A stretch of DNA of 64,000 bases from NCBI GenBank assembly GCA_028279595.1, contig JANQNK010000008.1, forward strand, positions 32,001 through 96,000, in the 5' to 3' direction. This stretch comes from Thermoplasmatota archaeon (GTDB taxonomy: Archaea > Thermoplasmatota > JAKEGO01). Positions 38,602-46,618 of the stretch are shown in pieces. The notes under the pieces are model-generated. The model was not told where the DNA came from and made no database searches. It was given only the letters and a program-made list of their open reading frames with translations. The stretch's first letter is position 1, and each line of letters starts with the position of its first letter. A program made the position numbers and the translations under genes.

Positions 38602-40044
38602 ATGCCGGGATCAGATGTAGAGTCATTCTTCGACATAGAGAGGATGGACTATGTCGAGCAGGAGGGGGAGCCCGGCAAGGTCGCTACCGAGGTAGAGAGG
38701 AAGCCCGTGGTCATCTCGCTGGGCGGATCGCTGTTCTACGAGGACGATGAGGACGGCGCTGCCGTCCTGGCGATCGACTACCTGAAGGACGCCGCGGAGT
38801 GGCTCAAGGGCATTTCGAGGAGCTTCAAGGTGTTCGTCGTCGTCGGCGGAGGAAGGGCGGCCAAGGAGATGATCGTCGAGCTGCGCGACGAGGGCGTGAG
38901 CGAGTCGGCCCTCGACACCCTCGGGATCGACATGACCCGTGTGAACGCAAGGGTCCTCCGCTGCATTATGGACCTGCCCGGGCTTCGGGTACCCGAGGAC
39001 TTCGACAGGGCCCTGGCGGAGAGCGCATACAACAAGACGGTGATAATGGGAGGCACACACCCCGGGCACACGACGGACGCCGTGGCTGCCATGCTTGCAG
39101 AGATAGTAGGAGCCGCGGTGTTGGTAATAGCGACGGACGTCGACGGGATCTTCAACGCCGATCCCAACGAGGTCCCGGACGCAAGGCTTTTCGACGAGCT
39201 CTCCCCGTCGGACGTCTGCATCCTGTCCTCCGGATACGACGTGGGAGCCGGGTCCAAGGCGCCCATCGACCCCATGGCGGCCCGCATAATCGCTCGCTCT
39301 GGCATCAGGACCGTCATACTCAACGGAGCCGACCTCGACAATCTGGAGGCGGCGATCCGGGGAAGCGACTTCACCGGAACGTCCATCGAGGTCGAGGTGG
39401 AGAGCACCCTCGACGGATCGGACGCCGCTGACATCGCCGATGCCAAGCGCAAGGAGATCGAGAAGAAGGCGAAGAAGAAAGGAAAGGGCAGGTCCGAGGA
39501 TGACAAGGCCGAGGGGAAGAGATTGCTGCTCAAGAGCTTCTCCAAGGACGGTAAGAAGCCCAAGAAGAAGAAGCGGAAGAGGAAGGATCCAGAGGAAGAG
39601 ACCGCTGAGGAGTCTCCGGAAGAGGAGCCAGAAGCCGTAGAGGGACATGAGCAGGAAGAGGTAGAGGAGAAGGAACCTGAAGAGGAGCCCGAGGACGAGG
39701 AACCCGGGGAGCCTGAGCAGGTAGAGGAGAAGGAACCGGAGGAGGAGCCCAAGGACGAGGCTCCGGATCCCGAAGTGTCTGAAGGCGGTGAGGAAGCCCC
39801 CGATCCCGAGGAGCCTGAGGGTGGTGAGAAGGCACCCGAGCCGGAGCCCGACGAGGAACCGGCCGAAGAGGAAACCCCCGAGGAGGGTGGGACCGAGGAC
39901 GAGGATGGACCGGAGCCCGTGGGGGACCGAGCCGAAGATGACGCGGAGATCGAATGGTCGACGAGCGAGGATAAGGCCGACGGTCCCAAGAGGTCGTCCG
40001 ACCAGGACTGGGACCTTCCGAGCCTCGACGACGTCGAGGTCTAG
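38602..40044 (+). CDS. pyrH: Uridylate kinase with a long Lys-rich/acidic C-terminal extension
   Basis: VISLGGS, VVVGGG, MGGTHPGHTTDAVAA, TDVDGIF..DP, PIDPMAARII. Confidence 0.9.
   Translation: MPGSDVESFFDIERMDYVEQEGEPGKVATEVERKPVVISLGGSLFYEDDEDGAAVLAIDYLKDAAEWLKGISRSFKVFVVVGGGRAAKEMIVELRDEGVSESALDTLGIDMTRVNARVLRCIMDLPGLRVPEDFDRALAESAYNKTVIMGGTHPGHTTDAVAAMLAEIVGAAVLVIATDVDGIFNADPNEVPDARLFDELSPSDVCILSSGYDVGAGSKAPIDPMAARIIARSGIRTVILNGADLDNLEAAIRGSDFTGTSIEVEVESTLDGSDAADIADAKRKEIEKKAKKKGKGRSEDDKAEGKRLLLKSFSKDGKKPKKKKRKRKDPEEETAEESPEEEPEAVEGHEQEEVEEKEPEEEPEDEEPGEPEQVEEKEPEEEPKDEAPDPEVSEGGEEAPDPEEPEGGEKAPEPEPDEEPAEEETPEEGGTEDEDGPEPVGDRAEDDAEIEWSTSEDKADGPKRSSDQDWDLPSLDDVEV
39661..39760 (+). repeat. 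60-bp-period tandem duplication in the pyrH tail
   Basis: GTAGAGGAGAAGGAACCnGAnGAGGAGCCCnAGGACGAGG at 39661 and 39721. Confidence 0.85.
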
Positions 40045-40048
40045 TTCG

Positions 40049-40056
40049 TTTTTTTT
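40049..40056 (+). terminator. Oligo-T archaeal terminator after pyrH
   Basis: T8 run 4 nt after the TAG stop. Confidence 0.6.
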
Positions 40057-40103
40057 ACTTTCGTCAGCGTGAGCCTTATCTAACGGGGAGGACATTCCCG
40101 TTC

Positions 40104-40421
40104 ATGTTCTCGATGGTCGTCGGAACGTTCCCGGACGAGGAGACAGCGAAGGATATCATCAGGACCCTGGTCGATGAGAGGCTGATCGCCTGCGGATCGC
40201 TGTTCCCGTGCACATCGATCTACACATGGGAGGGGAAGACCGAGGAGAACGGGGAGGTAATGGCGGTCATGAAGACGAGGACATCCCTCGCGGACGATGT
40301 CTGCGCCAGGATCGTGGGGCTCCATCCGTACGACGTGCCCGAGGCGGTTTCCGTCCCGATAGGCACTGGACATCTCCAGTACCTGGAATGGATCGCGGAT
40401 TCCACAATGGGAATGAACTAG
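40104..40421 (+). CDS. cutA: Divalent-cation tolerance protein CutA
   Basis: LVDERLIAC, SIYTWEGK, HPYDVPE, YLEW. Confidence 0.95.
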   Translation: MFSMVVGTFPDEETAKDIIRTLVDERLIACGSLFPCTSIYTWEGKTEENGEVMAVMKTRTSLADDVCARIVGLHPYDVPEAVSVPIGTGHLQYLEWIADSTMGMN

Positions 40422-40478
40422 AAGTGGACCCACCCCACTTTGGGACGGATGAATCCTTTTCCGTAATACAGTGACCGC

Positions 40479-43181
40479 TCAGAGGAGATCGTCCTCGTCG
40501 TCCGATACCTCGGCGACCAGGTCCTCGAGGTCGCCCCAGTCCAGGACGTCCTCCTTCTTCTTCTTCTTCTCCCCTTCGGGCTCGGCCTCGACAGGTTCGA
40601 GCAGCACCTCGCCCTGGATCGGCTCCTCCGATTCGATGGGCTCGAACACCGTATCGTCCTCGGGAACGGGCTCCTCGACCGGTTCCGGTGCGGGTTCGTT
40701 AGGCGCCTTTTTCTTCTTCTTCTTCTTCTTCTTGGGCTTCGGCTCAGGCTTCTCCTCGACCGCGGCCGGTTCCAGGACAATGAGCTCGGGTCCGGTGTCG
40801 GGTTCCTTTGGCTCTGATGGGCGCGGCTTCGCCTCTGCGCCCTTCTTGAACTTCTTCTTCCTCTTCTTGACTGGCTCTTTGGGTTCGAGGACGGCCTCCT
40901 CGGCCGCTGCGGGTTCGAGAACGGGTGCCTCTTCCGGCTCCTTCTTTACGGGAGCCTTCGGTTTCGGCCTCGCCCTCTTCTTCTTCCAGACCGGCTTCTC
41001 CGGTTCCTCGGCCTTCTTCTCGAGAACGATGGGCTCGGCTGCCTCAAGAACGGGCGCCTCATCGGGCTCCTCGGCCTTGGGCTTTGGTGCCGGTTTCTTC
41101 GGGGCCTTCTTCTTCTTCTTGGGCTTGGGTTTGGGGGCCGGCTTCTTTGCGGTCGGTTCCGCTGCGGCCTCGACCGTCGCAGGTTCGATGACCGCTGGCT
41201 CATCCTTCCCCTCGGGCTTCACTGGTTCCAGGCCCACGGGCGCCAGCACGGGGATCTCGGTCTTCTCCTCCTTGCCCTTCTTGCCCTTCTTGCCCTTCTT
41301 TGGTGCCTTCGCCTTCTTTCCGGGCTTTCCGGCCGGAACAGGGGCCGCTGGCTTCTCGCCCTTCTTGCCCTTGCCCTTCTTCTCCTTCTTGCCCTTCTTG
41401 AACCTGCCCTTCTTTCCCTTATAGGGTTCGGCTTCCTCCGCGGGCGCCGGTGTCGGTGCCCCTGCACCGATGGGGGCTCCGGCCGGGAGCTTGATCCCGG
41501 GAGCGGCCTCCTCCTTCTTCTCGGGCTCCTCGGGGATCGCGTCGACGGCGACGACCTCGATGCCCTCGGCCTCGAGCTCCGCCTTCCGCTCGGGAGTGAT
41601 GATCTTCTTCTTTGCCACAGGCTTCTCCGGGACCTCGCCCTCTGGCTTGGCCTCCTCTGGAGCCTCGCCCTCGCCTGCCTCGGCCTCACCCTCGGGTGTG
41701 ACCGGCGCCTCTGCCTCGGGTGGCGTCTCCGGCTTGTCACGGAGCTGTGCTATGGCGAGGGTCGTCTTCTCGAGGCCCTTCTTCGCCTTGAGGTTCTCCG
41801 GGTCGATCCTCAGGGTCTCCTCGTAGGTGGCATTTGCCTCCTCGTATCGTTCGAGGTGCCTGAGCGTCAGGGCCTTGTTGTTGAGAACGTGAGTGTCACC
41901 AGGCTGGAGTTCGATGGCCTTGTCGTACATCACGAGGGCCTCGGCGTACTTCTCCTCCTTGAAGAATCCGTCCGCCTGCTCCTTGATACCGACGAAGTCT
42001 ACCGCTGCCATCTTGTCGAGTACGAAGTTGCGCTCCCGGACCACGTCTGGACGGTCTGGTGCCTTCTCGATGGCGGTGTCCAGAACGGTCAGGGCCTCCT
42101 CGTACCGGCTCAGCATGCTCAGGGCCCTTCCCCGGCCGATGAGAGCGTCGATCTTGTTCGGGTCCTCGGCGATGAGAGCGTCGTAGCTTGCCAGGGCAAG
42201 CTCGTAGTTCCCGGCGTCGTAGTGTCCGGTGGCCTCAGCGAACTCGGGCCCCAGCTCGATCGCGGGCTCCTCCTCGATCACATCGATGTCCAGGACCTCG
42301 ATGTCCATGATCTCCTCCTCGCCCTCGACCACTGCCTCGACCGCCTCGACGGTCACGGCCTCTCCCTCGAACTCGGCGCCTTCGGGCACCTCGCCCTCCA
42401 TCGGGAACTCCCCTAGCTCCTCGACGGCCTCCTCGACCTCGACTGTCTCGGGCTCCGGAGGGGGTATGTACTCGTCCATTATCGTCCTGAACAGTGTTTC
42501 GCCGCCCATGATGTCGTCCCATAGGGCGTCCTTCGGCTTCGCCTTGAAGTGCTTCTTCTTGGGAACGAACTCGATAGCCAGCCCGGTGGAGCGGTCCCTA
42601 ACCTCGATACGCTCGTCCGGTGGTCCGGCCGGTTTGGGTGGTTGCTCGGCACCCTCGGGTGCAGCGGCTCCGTCCTCGGCCGGCGCCTCGGGAGGCGGCG
42701 GTGGCGGGGGCGGTGGCGGTGCTGCCCCGTCCGCAGGTGGCGGCGGGGGCGGCGGGGGTGCCGGAGCGGCGCCTTCTGCCGCCGGTGGTGAGGCGGCTTC
42801 TGCAGGGGGCGCCGGAGGAACTGGTTCCTCGGGTGCCGGCGCGGCCGTCGGCTCGGGCGCCGGCGGCTCCGTTGATTTGTGGAATTCGAAGGAGATGGTG
42901 TCCGATACCTTCTTGACCATCGCAGGACCGTCCTCTGGCTCGGACGGGGGGGTTGCGATGGGAGCCTCTATCGTGTCCTCAACGTCGGTGAATCCACCGG
43001 AATCTAGCAGAAGTCCCGAGTCATCCCTCTCGCGTTCCTGACAGGCAGCGTAAACATCCTCGTTGAGCTTCTCACAAAGACTGCAAAGGGCCTCCGGTTT
43101 CAGCATCTTGCAGGGGTCGGAGGGGAGATTATCGAGGAAGGTGTTTACCTCGTTCAGATCCTTGTTGACCATCACTTTCAC
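40479..43181 (-). CDS. TPR-repeat protein with poly-Pro and Lys/Glu-block low-complexity regions
   Basis: Central TPRs (ALASYDALI..ALIGRGRALSMLSRYEEAL; ALVMYDKAIELQP..LNNKALTL); P8/P10 runs; poly-K blocks. Confidence 0.8.
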   Translation of the reverse strand: MKVMVNKDLNEVNTFLDNLPSDPCKMLKPEALCSLCEKLNEDVYAACQERERDDSGLLLDSGGFTDVEDTIEAPIATPPSEPEDGPAMVKKVSDTISFEFHKSTEPPAPEPTAAPAPEEPVPPAPPAEAASPPAAEGAAPAPPPPPPPPADGAAPPPPPPPPPPEAPAEDGAAAPEGAEQPPKPAGPPDERIEVRDRSTGLAIEFVPKKKHFKAKPKDALWDDIMGGETLFRTIMDEYIPPPEPETVEVEEAVEELGEFPMEGEVPEGAEFEGEAVTVEAVEAVVEGEEEIMDIEVLDIDVIEEEPAIELGPEFAEATGHYDAGNYELALASYDALIAEDPNKIDALIGRGRALSMLSRYEEALTVLDTAIEKAPDRPDVVRERNFVLDKMAAVDFVGIKEQADGFFKEEKYAEALVMYDKAIELQPGDTHVLNNKALTLRHLERYEEANATYEETLRIDPENLKAKKGLEKTTLAIAQLRDKPETPPEAEAPVTPEGEAEAGEGEAPEEAKPEGEVPEKPVAKKKIITPERKAELEAEGIEVVAVDAIPEEPEKKEEAAPGIKLPAGAPIGAGAPTPAPAEEAEPYKGKKGRFKKGKKEKKGKGKKGEKPAAPVPAGKPGKKAKAPKKGKKGKKGKEEKTEIPVLAPVGLEPVKPEGKDEPAVIEPATVEAAAEPTAKKPAPKPKPKKKKKAPKKPAPKPKAEEPDEAPVLEAAEPIVLEKKAEEPEKPVWKKKRARPKPKAPVKKEPEEAPVLEPAAAEEAVLEPKEPVKKRKKKFKKGAEAKPRPSEPKEPDTGPELIVLEPAAVEEKPEPKPKKKKKKKKKAPNEPAPEPVEEPVPEDDTVFEPIESEEPIQGEVLLEPVEAEPEGEKKKKKEDVLDWGDLEDLVAEVSDDEDDLL

Positions 43182-43373
43182 CTGTTCGGAACGGCGGGAA
43201 GACTGGGGCGTCTCAATGTCTGTTTGCCCCTATACAGTGATACCCCTTATTTATGTTTCGGTAAAAAATTCGTCCTGGCCAGGGGGGGCCAGAGGCACCG
43301 GATTCGGTCCCCCGCCGGCCGACCGTCCCCGGGGACGAAAATGATAACTACATGCAGAACGGTCCTCGACCCG

Positions 43374-44210
43374 ATGTCCCGGATCGAACGATTGATCGGA
43401 GCGGGGAGGGAACTTCCACTCTCGGGTCCGCTTGTGATGGGCATCGTCAACGCGACCCCCGACTCGTTCTTCGACGGAGGCAGATACAATGATATCGAGC
43501 GGGTTAGGTCTCGCATCGACCGCTTCCTCGAGGAGGGCGCCGACATCATAGACATCGGCGGGGAATCGACGAGGCCCGGCGCTGACCTCGTTCCCGTCGA
43601 AGAGGAGTTGATGCGTATCGTTCCGGCCGTCGAGCATGCGGTCGGGAAGGGAGCCTTCGTCTCCGTCGACACGAGGAAGCCAGAGGTGGCCGGAAGGGTG
43701 CTTGGCATGGGAGCACACATGATCAACAGCGTTGAGGGGCTGAGGTCCCCCGAGCTGACTGGTCTTGTGGCGGATCACGGCGCATCCGTCACGATCATGC
43801 ACATGAAGGGCGATCCGCGGACGATGCAGGACGATCCGACATACGGGGATGTGGTCGAGGAGGTCCGCGGATATCTCGATGGTCAGGTAGGGATCGCCGT
43901 CGAAGCAGGCATCGCCCGTGAGGGGATCGTCATCGACCCGGGGATCGGGTTCGGCAAGACACTCGAGCACAACCTGGCGATCCTGAACGGTCTCGACCGG
44001 TTCCTCGACATGGGTCAGCCCCTGATGATCGGGACGTCCAGGAAATCGGTCATCGGCAAGGTGCTGGACCTGCCGCCCGAAGAGAGGCTCGAGGGGTCCG
44101 TCGCCTCCTGCGTTATGGCTCTCGTGAAGGGTGCATCGATTTTCAGGGTCCACGACGTCCTGGAGACGAGGAGGGCCCTGGATATGGCACATTCGATAAT
44201 GTCGGTGTAA
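43374..44210 (+). CDS. folP: Dihydropteroate synthase
   Basis: MGIVNATPDSFFDGG, DIGGESTRPG, DPGIGFGK, SRKS, RVHDV; start 43341 or 43374. Confidence 0.95.
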   Translation: MSRIERLIGAGRELPLSGPLVMGIVNATPDSFFDGGRYNDIERVRSRIDRFLEEGADIIDIGGESTRPGADLVPVEEELMRIVPAVEHAVGKGAFVSVDTRKPEVAGRVLGMGAHMINSVEGLRSPELTGLVADHGASVTIMHMKGDPRTMQDDPTYGDVVEEVRGYLDGQVGIAVEAGIAREGIVIDPGIGFGKTLEHNLAILNGLDRFLDMGQPLMIGTSRKSVIGKVLDLPPEERLEGSVASCVMALVKGASIFRVHDVLETRRALDMAHSIMSV

Positions 44211-44216
44211 AGAGTG

Positions 44217-44522
44217 CTACTTCTTTGCCATCCTCTTCTTGCGTTCCTTCGCTGTAAAACCGGTTGCCTGGAACAGGAAATCGTTGTAGCGCCTGACAGT
44301 GTCCCCCGCGATCTCGGGATCGACGGTCGGGTCCATCTCGGTCTCGACCTCGAGGACCTTCTTGGAGGCCATCCGGCAGCTCAGCTTCTTCAGGCCGCCG
44401 AATGATGAGATGAAATGATCCCCGTCCTTCTCGACGCTTCCGAATATCTCGCTCATGATGTTGTCCAGCCCGCGGTCCTCGAGCTGGTAGTGGTGACCCC
44501 TCTTGATGTCGTAATCCTGCAT
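44217..44522 (-). CDS. DUF5611-family archaeal protein
   Basis: YDIKRG..SFGGL..YNDFLFQATGFTAKERKK. Confidence 0.75.
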   Translation of the reverse strand: MQDYDIKRGHHYQLEDRGLDNIMSEIFGSVEKDGDHFISSFGGLKKLSCRMASKKVLEVETEMDPTVDPEIAGDTVRRYNDFLFQATGFTAKERKKRMAKK

Positions 44523-44579
44523 GGACAACGGTACGGAATTGCTCTATAAAAATCTGTCCGCAATGGATCAGGTAGAACG

Positions 44580-44849
44580 TCATGCGTCGAACCCTGACTC
44601 GACGGACCGGACGACCTCCCATGCGACGGTCTCATCGGGCGTCTTGACCAGCACCTTTCCCTCCTTGAAGAGGCTGTACTCGATCCCATCCGGTGAACGG
44701 ATGACGAGCAGGACACCTGCGTCCGTGAGGACCTCGTGCCCGGACGGGCAGAGCCTTTCCGCGATTTCATGGATATCCTGAGAGAATTCCCCGTCCGGAC
44801 GGGCGACGTAGGCCTGACCGGAGTTGCACGATCTAAGGACCGAGTACAT
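44580..44849 (-). CDS. Hypothetical 89-aa protein
   Basis: Overlaps the thiI-like stop; SLFKEGKVLVKT motif; natural composition. Confidence 0.6.
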   Translation of the reverse strand: MYSVLRSCNSGQAYVARPDGEFSQDIHEIAERLCPSGHEVLTDAGVLLVIRSPDGIEYSLFKEGKVLVKTPDETVAWEVVRSVESGFDA

Positions 44850-45471
44850 GGACCTCCACCTCCTCGAGAGCGGAAACGGTCAGGTCACCGGGATCCATCT
44901 TTCCCTCCTCGGCGAGTATCCTGTCGAGCTGAGAACGAGTTGCTGGCTTGGGCGGTGCCATCATGCAGCAGATACCCGGAAGGGAGGATATCTCGAAGGT
45001 CCCGATATCCTTCGCGATGTTGATTATCTCCTCCTTGTCCATGGCGATCAGCGGGCGCAGGACCTGCACCGGGGAGGCCGAGTTCTCCGCGAGAAGGTTC
45101 TCAACGGTCTGGGACGCGACCTGGCCGACGGAGTCGCCGGTGACAAGGGCATCGTACCCCTCCTTTTCCGCGAGGGCGCCGGCCGTGCGGAGCATCATCC
45201 TCCGGCAGAGTACGCATTGATACCGCCGTTCGCACTCGCGACCGATGGCCGACTGATTCTCCCCGTGTGGGATGACGTACAGCTTCATCTGGCGGTCGGT
45301 CCGGGACGCGATGACCCTGCCAAGCGAAAGCACACGTTCAACGTAGTCCTCCTCGGTGAAGGGCCTGTTGTCGAAATGGGCGAGGTCGACGTCGAAGCCC
45401 TGCTTCGCGATGAGATAGGCCGCGACAGGGGAGTCGATCCCTCCGGACAGGAGCGCCAGGACTCGCATCAC
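44833..45471 (-). CDS. ThiI-like PP-loop thiouridylase, catalytic domain only
   Basis: LLSGGIDSPVA, CVLCRRMM, TGDSVGQVASQT, RPLIAMDKEEI, IGTFEIS..ICC. Confidence 0.85.
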   Translation of the reverse strand: MMRVLALLSGGIDSPVAAYLIAKQGFDVDLAHFDNRPFTEEDYVERVLSLGRVIASRTDRQMKLYVIPHGENQSAIGRECERRYQCVLCRRMMLRTAGALAEKEGYDALVTGDSVGQVASQTVENLLAENSASPVQVLRPLIAMDKEEIINIAKDIGTFEISSLPGICCMMAPPKPATRSQLDRILAEEGKMDPGDLTVSALEEVEVHVLGP

Positions 45472-45603
45472 TGTCGGATTCGCCCGTGTCTAATAAAGGT
45501 ATTTCCCGAATCCACAAGACCGTCGACCGGTCCGACATCGGTCCCACCAATACTGAAAACGTTAAGTAATCCGGACATCGATTGGCTGTCGGGACTGACC
45601 GTC

Positions 45604-46605
45604 ATGGCCCGGATACTGTTCGTCTACCAGAAGATGCTCTCCTTCGTGCAGCACGACCGGGAGATCCTGGAGAGGGAGCACGAGCTCGTCGACTTCGAGT
45701 TCCCTCTGCAGCCGCCGTCAAGGCGCAAATCCGCGACTTGGATCCTGTCGCATGCCCGCCGGTTGAAGAGGGCGATGAGGGACGTCGATGGCACCTTCAT
45801 ATGGTTCGGCGACATACCGACCGCGTTCGCCGTCAGGAGCGCCCGCAGGCTCGGGAAGAGGAGCATAGTGGTCGCCGGCGGATATGGCGCGGCGTACATC
45901 CATGGGACCGATTATGGACTCCAGAACAGACAGTTCAGAAGACCCTTCGCCAAATACTCGTTCGAGAAGGCGGACCTCGTCGTCACGGTCTCGAAGCGGA
46001 TGCGGAAGGACCTCCACAGATTCGCGAGGCCGAGGAAGGAAGTGATGATCTACAACGGTATCAGAACCGAACTGTATTCTCCCGGCAACAAGCATAGGAA
46101 GGTACTCTCTGTGGCAGAGATGACGCCGATCACTCGGTGGAAGAAGGGGATCGAGACCTACGTCAGGGCCGCGGAACACTTGCCAGACGTACCGTTCATT
46201 ATGGTCGGAAGCAGCGTCGAGGGGACGGAGGAGGAGCTCAAGAGCATCGCATCCGACAACGTCGAGTTCAGGGGATTCATCCCCTTTGAAGAGCTTCTCG
46301 CGCTATTCCAGACTTCTAAGGTATACGTTCAGGTGTCAGCCTACGAGAGCTTCGGTTACGCACCCGCTGAATCGATGCTGTGTGAGGGTGTTCCCGTGGT
46401 GACCAGACGGGGGGCCCTTCCGGAGGTCGTCGGGGACACCGGCTACTACGTACCATACGACGATCCGGTCAAGACCGCGAAGGCCGTCGAACTCGCCCTG
46501 GATTCGGACCTCGGGACCTGCGCCCGGGAACGAGTGCTCGAGAGGTTCTCGCTCGAGCGACGGCAGGAGCTCCTATTAGAAGCGGTCGGGAAGGTCCTTA
46601 GTTAG
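45604..46605 (+). CDS. Glycosyltransferase family 4
   Basis: IYNGI, KKG, YESFGYAPAESM, GALPEVVG; true start ATG 45604. Confidence 0.92.
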   Translation: MARILFVYQKMLSFVQHDREILEREHELVDFEFPLQPPSRRKSATWILSHARRLKRAMRDVDGTFIWFGDIPTAFAVRSARRLGKRSIVVAGGYGAAYIHGTDYGLQNRQFRRPFAKYSFEKADLVVTVSKRMRKDLHRFARPRKEVMIYNGIRTELYSPGNKHRKVLSVAEMTPITRWKKGIETYVRAAEHLPDVPFIMVGSSVEGTEEELKSIASDNVEFRGFIPFEELLALFQTSKVYVQVSAYESFGYAPAESMLCEGVPVVTRRGALPEVVGDTGYYVPYDDPVKTAKAVELALDSDLGTCARERVLERFSLERRQELLLEAVGKVLS

Positions 46606-46618
46606 GCTTCCTCCGATG

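Noticed and set aside
43374-44210. Bacterial-type FolP in an archaeon as a novelty
   Set aside because: FolP homologs are already known in several archaeal groups
44824-45603. Apparent N-terminal extensions on the glycosyltransferase (also sfsA, GAF, aspS and the Fe-S protein)
   Set aside because: They overlap neighbouring real genes or repeats, and better downstream starts exist, so they are not fusions
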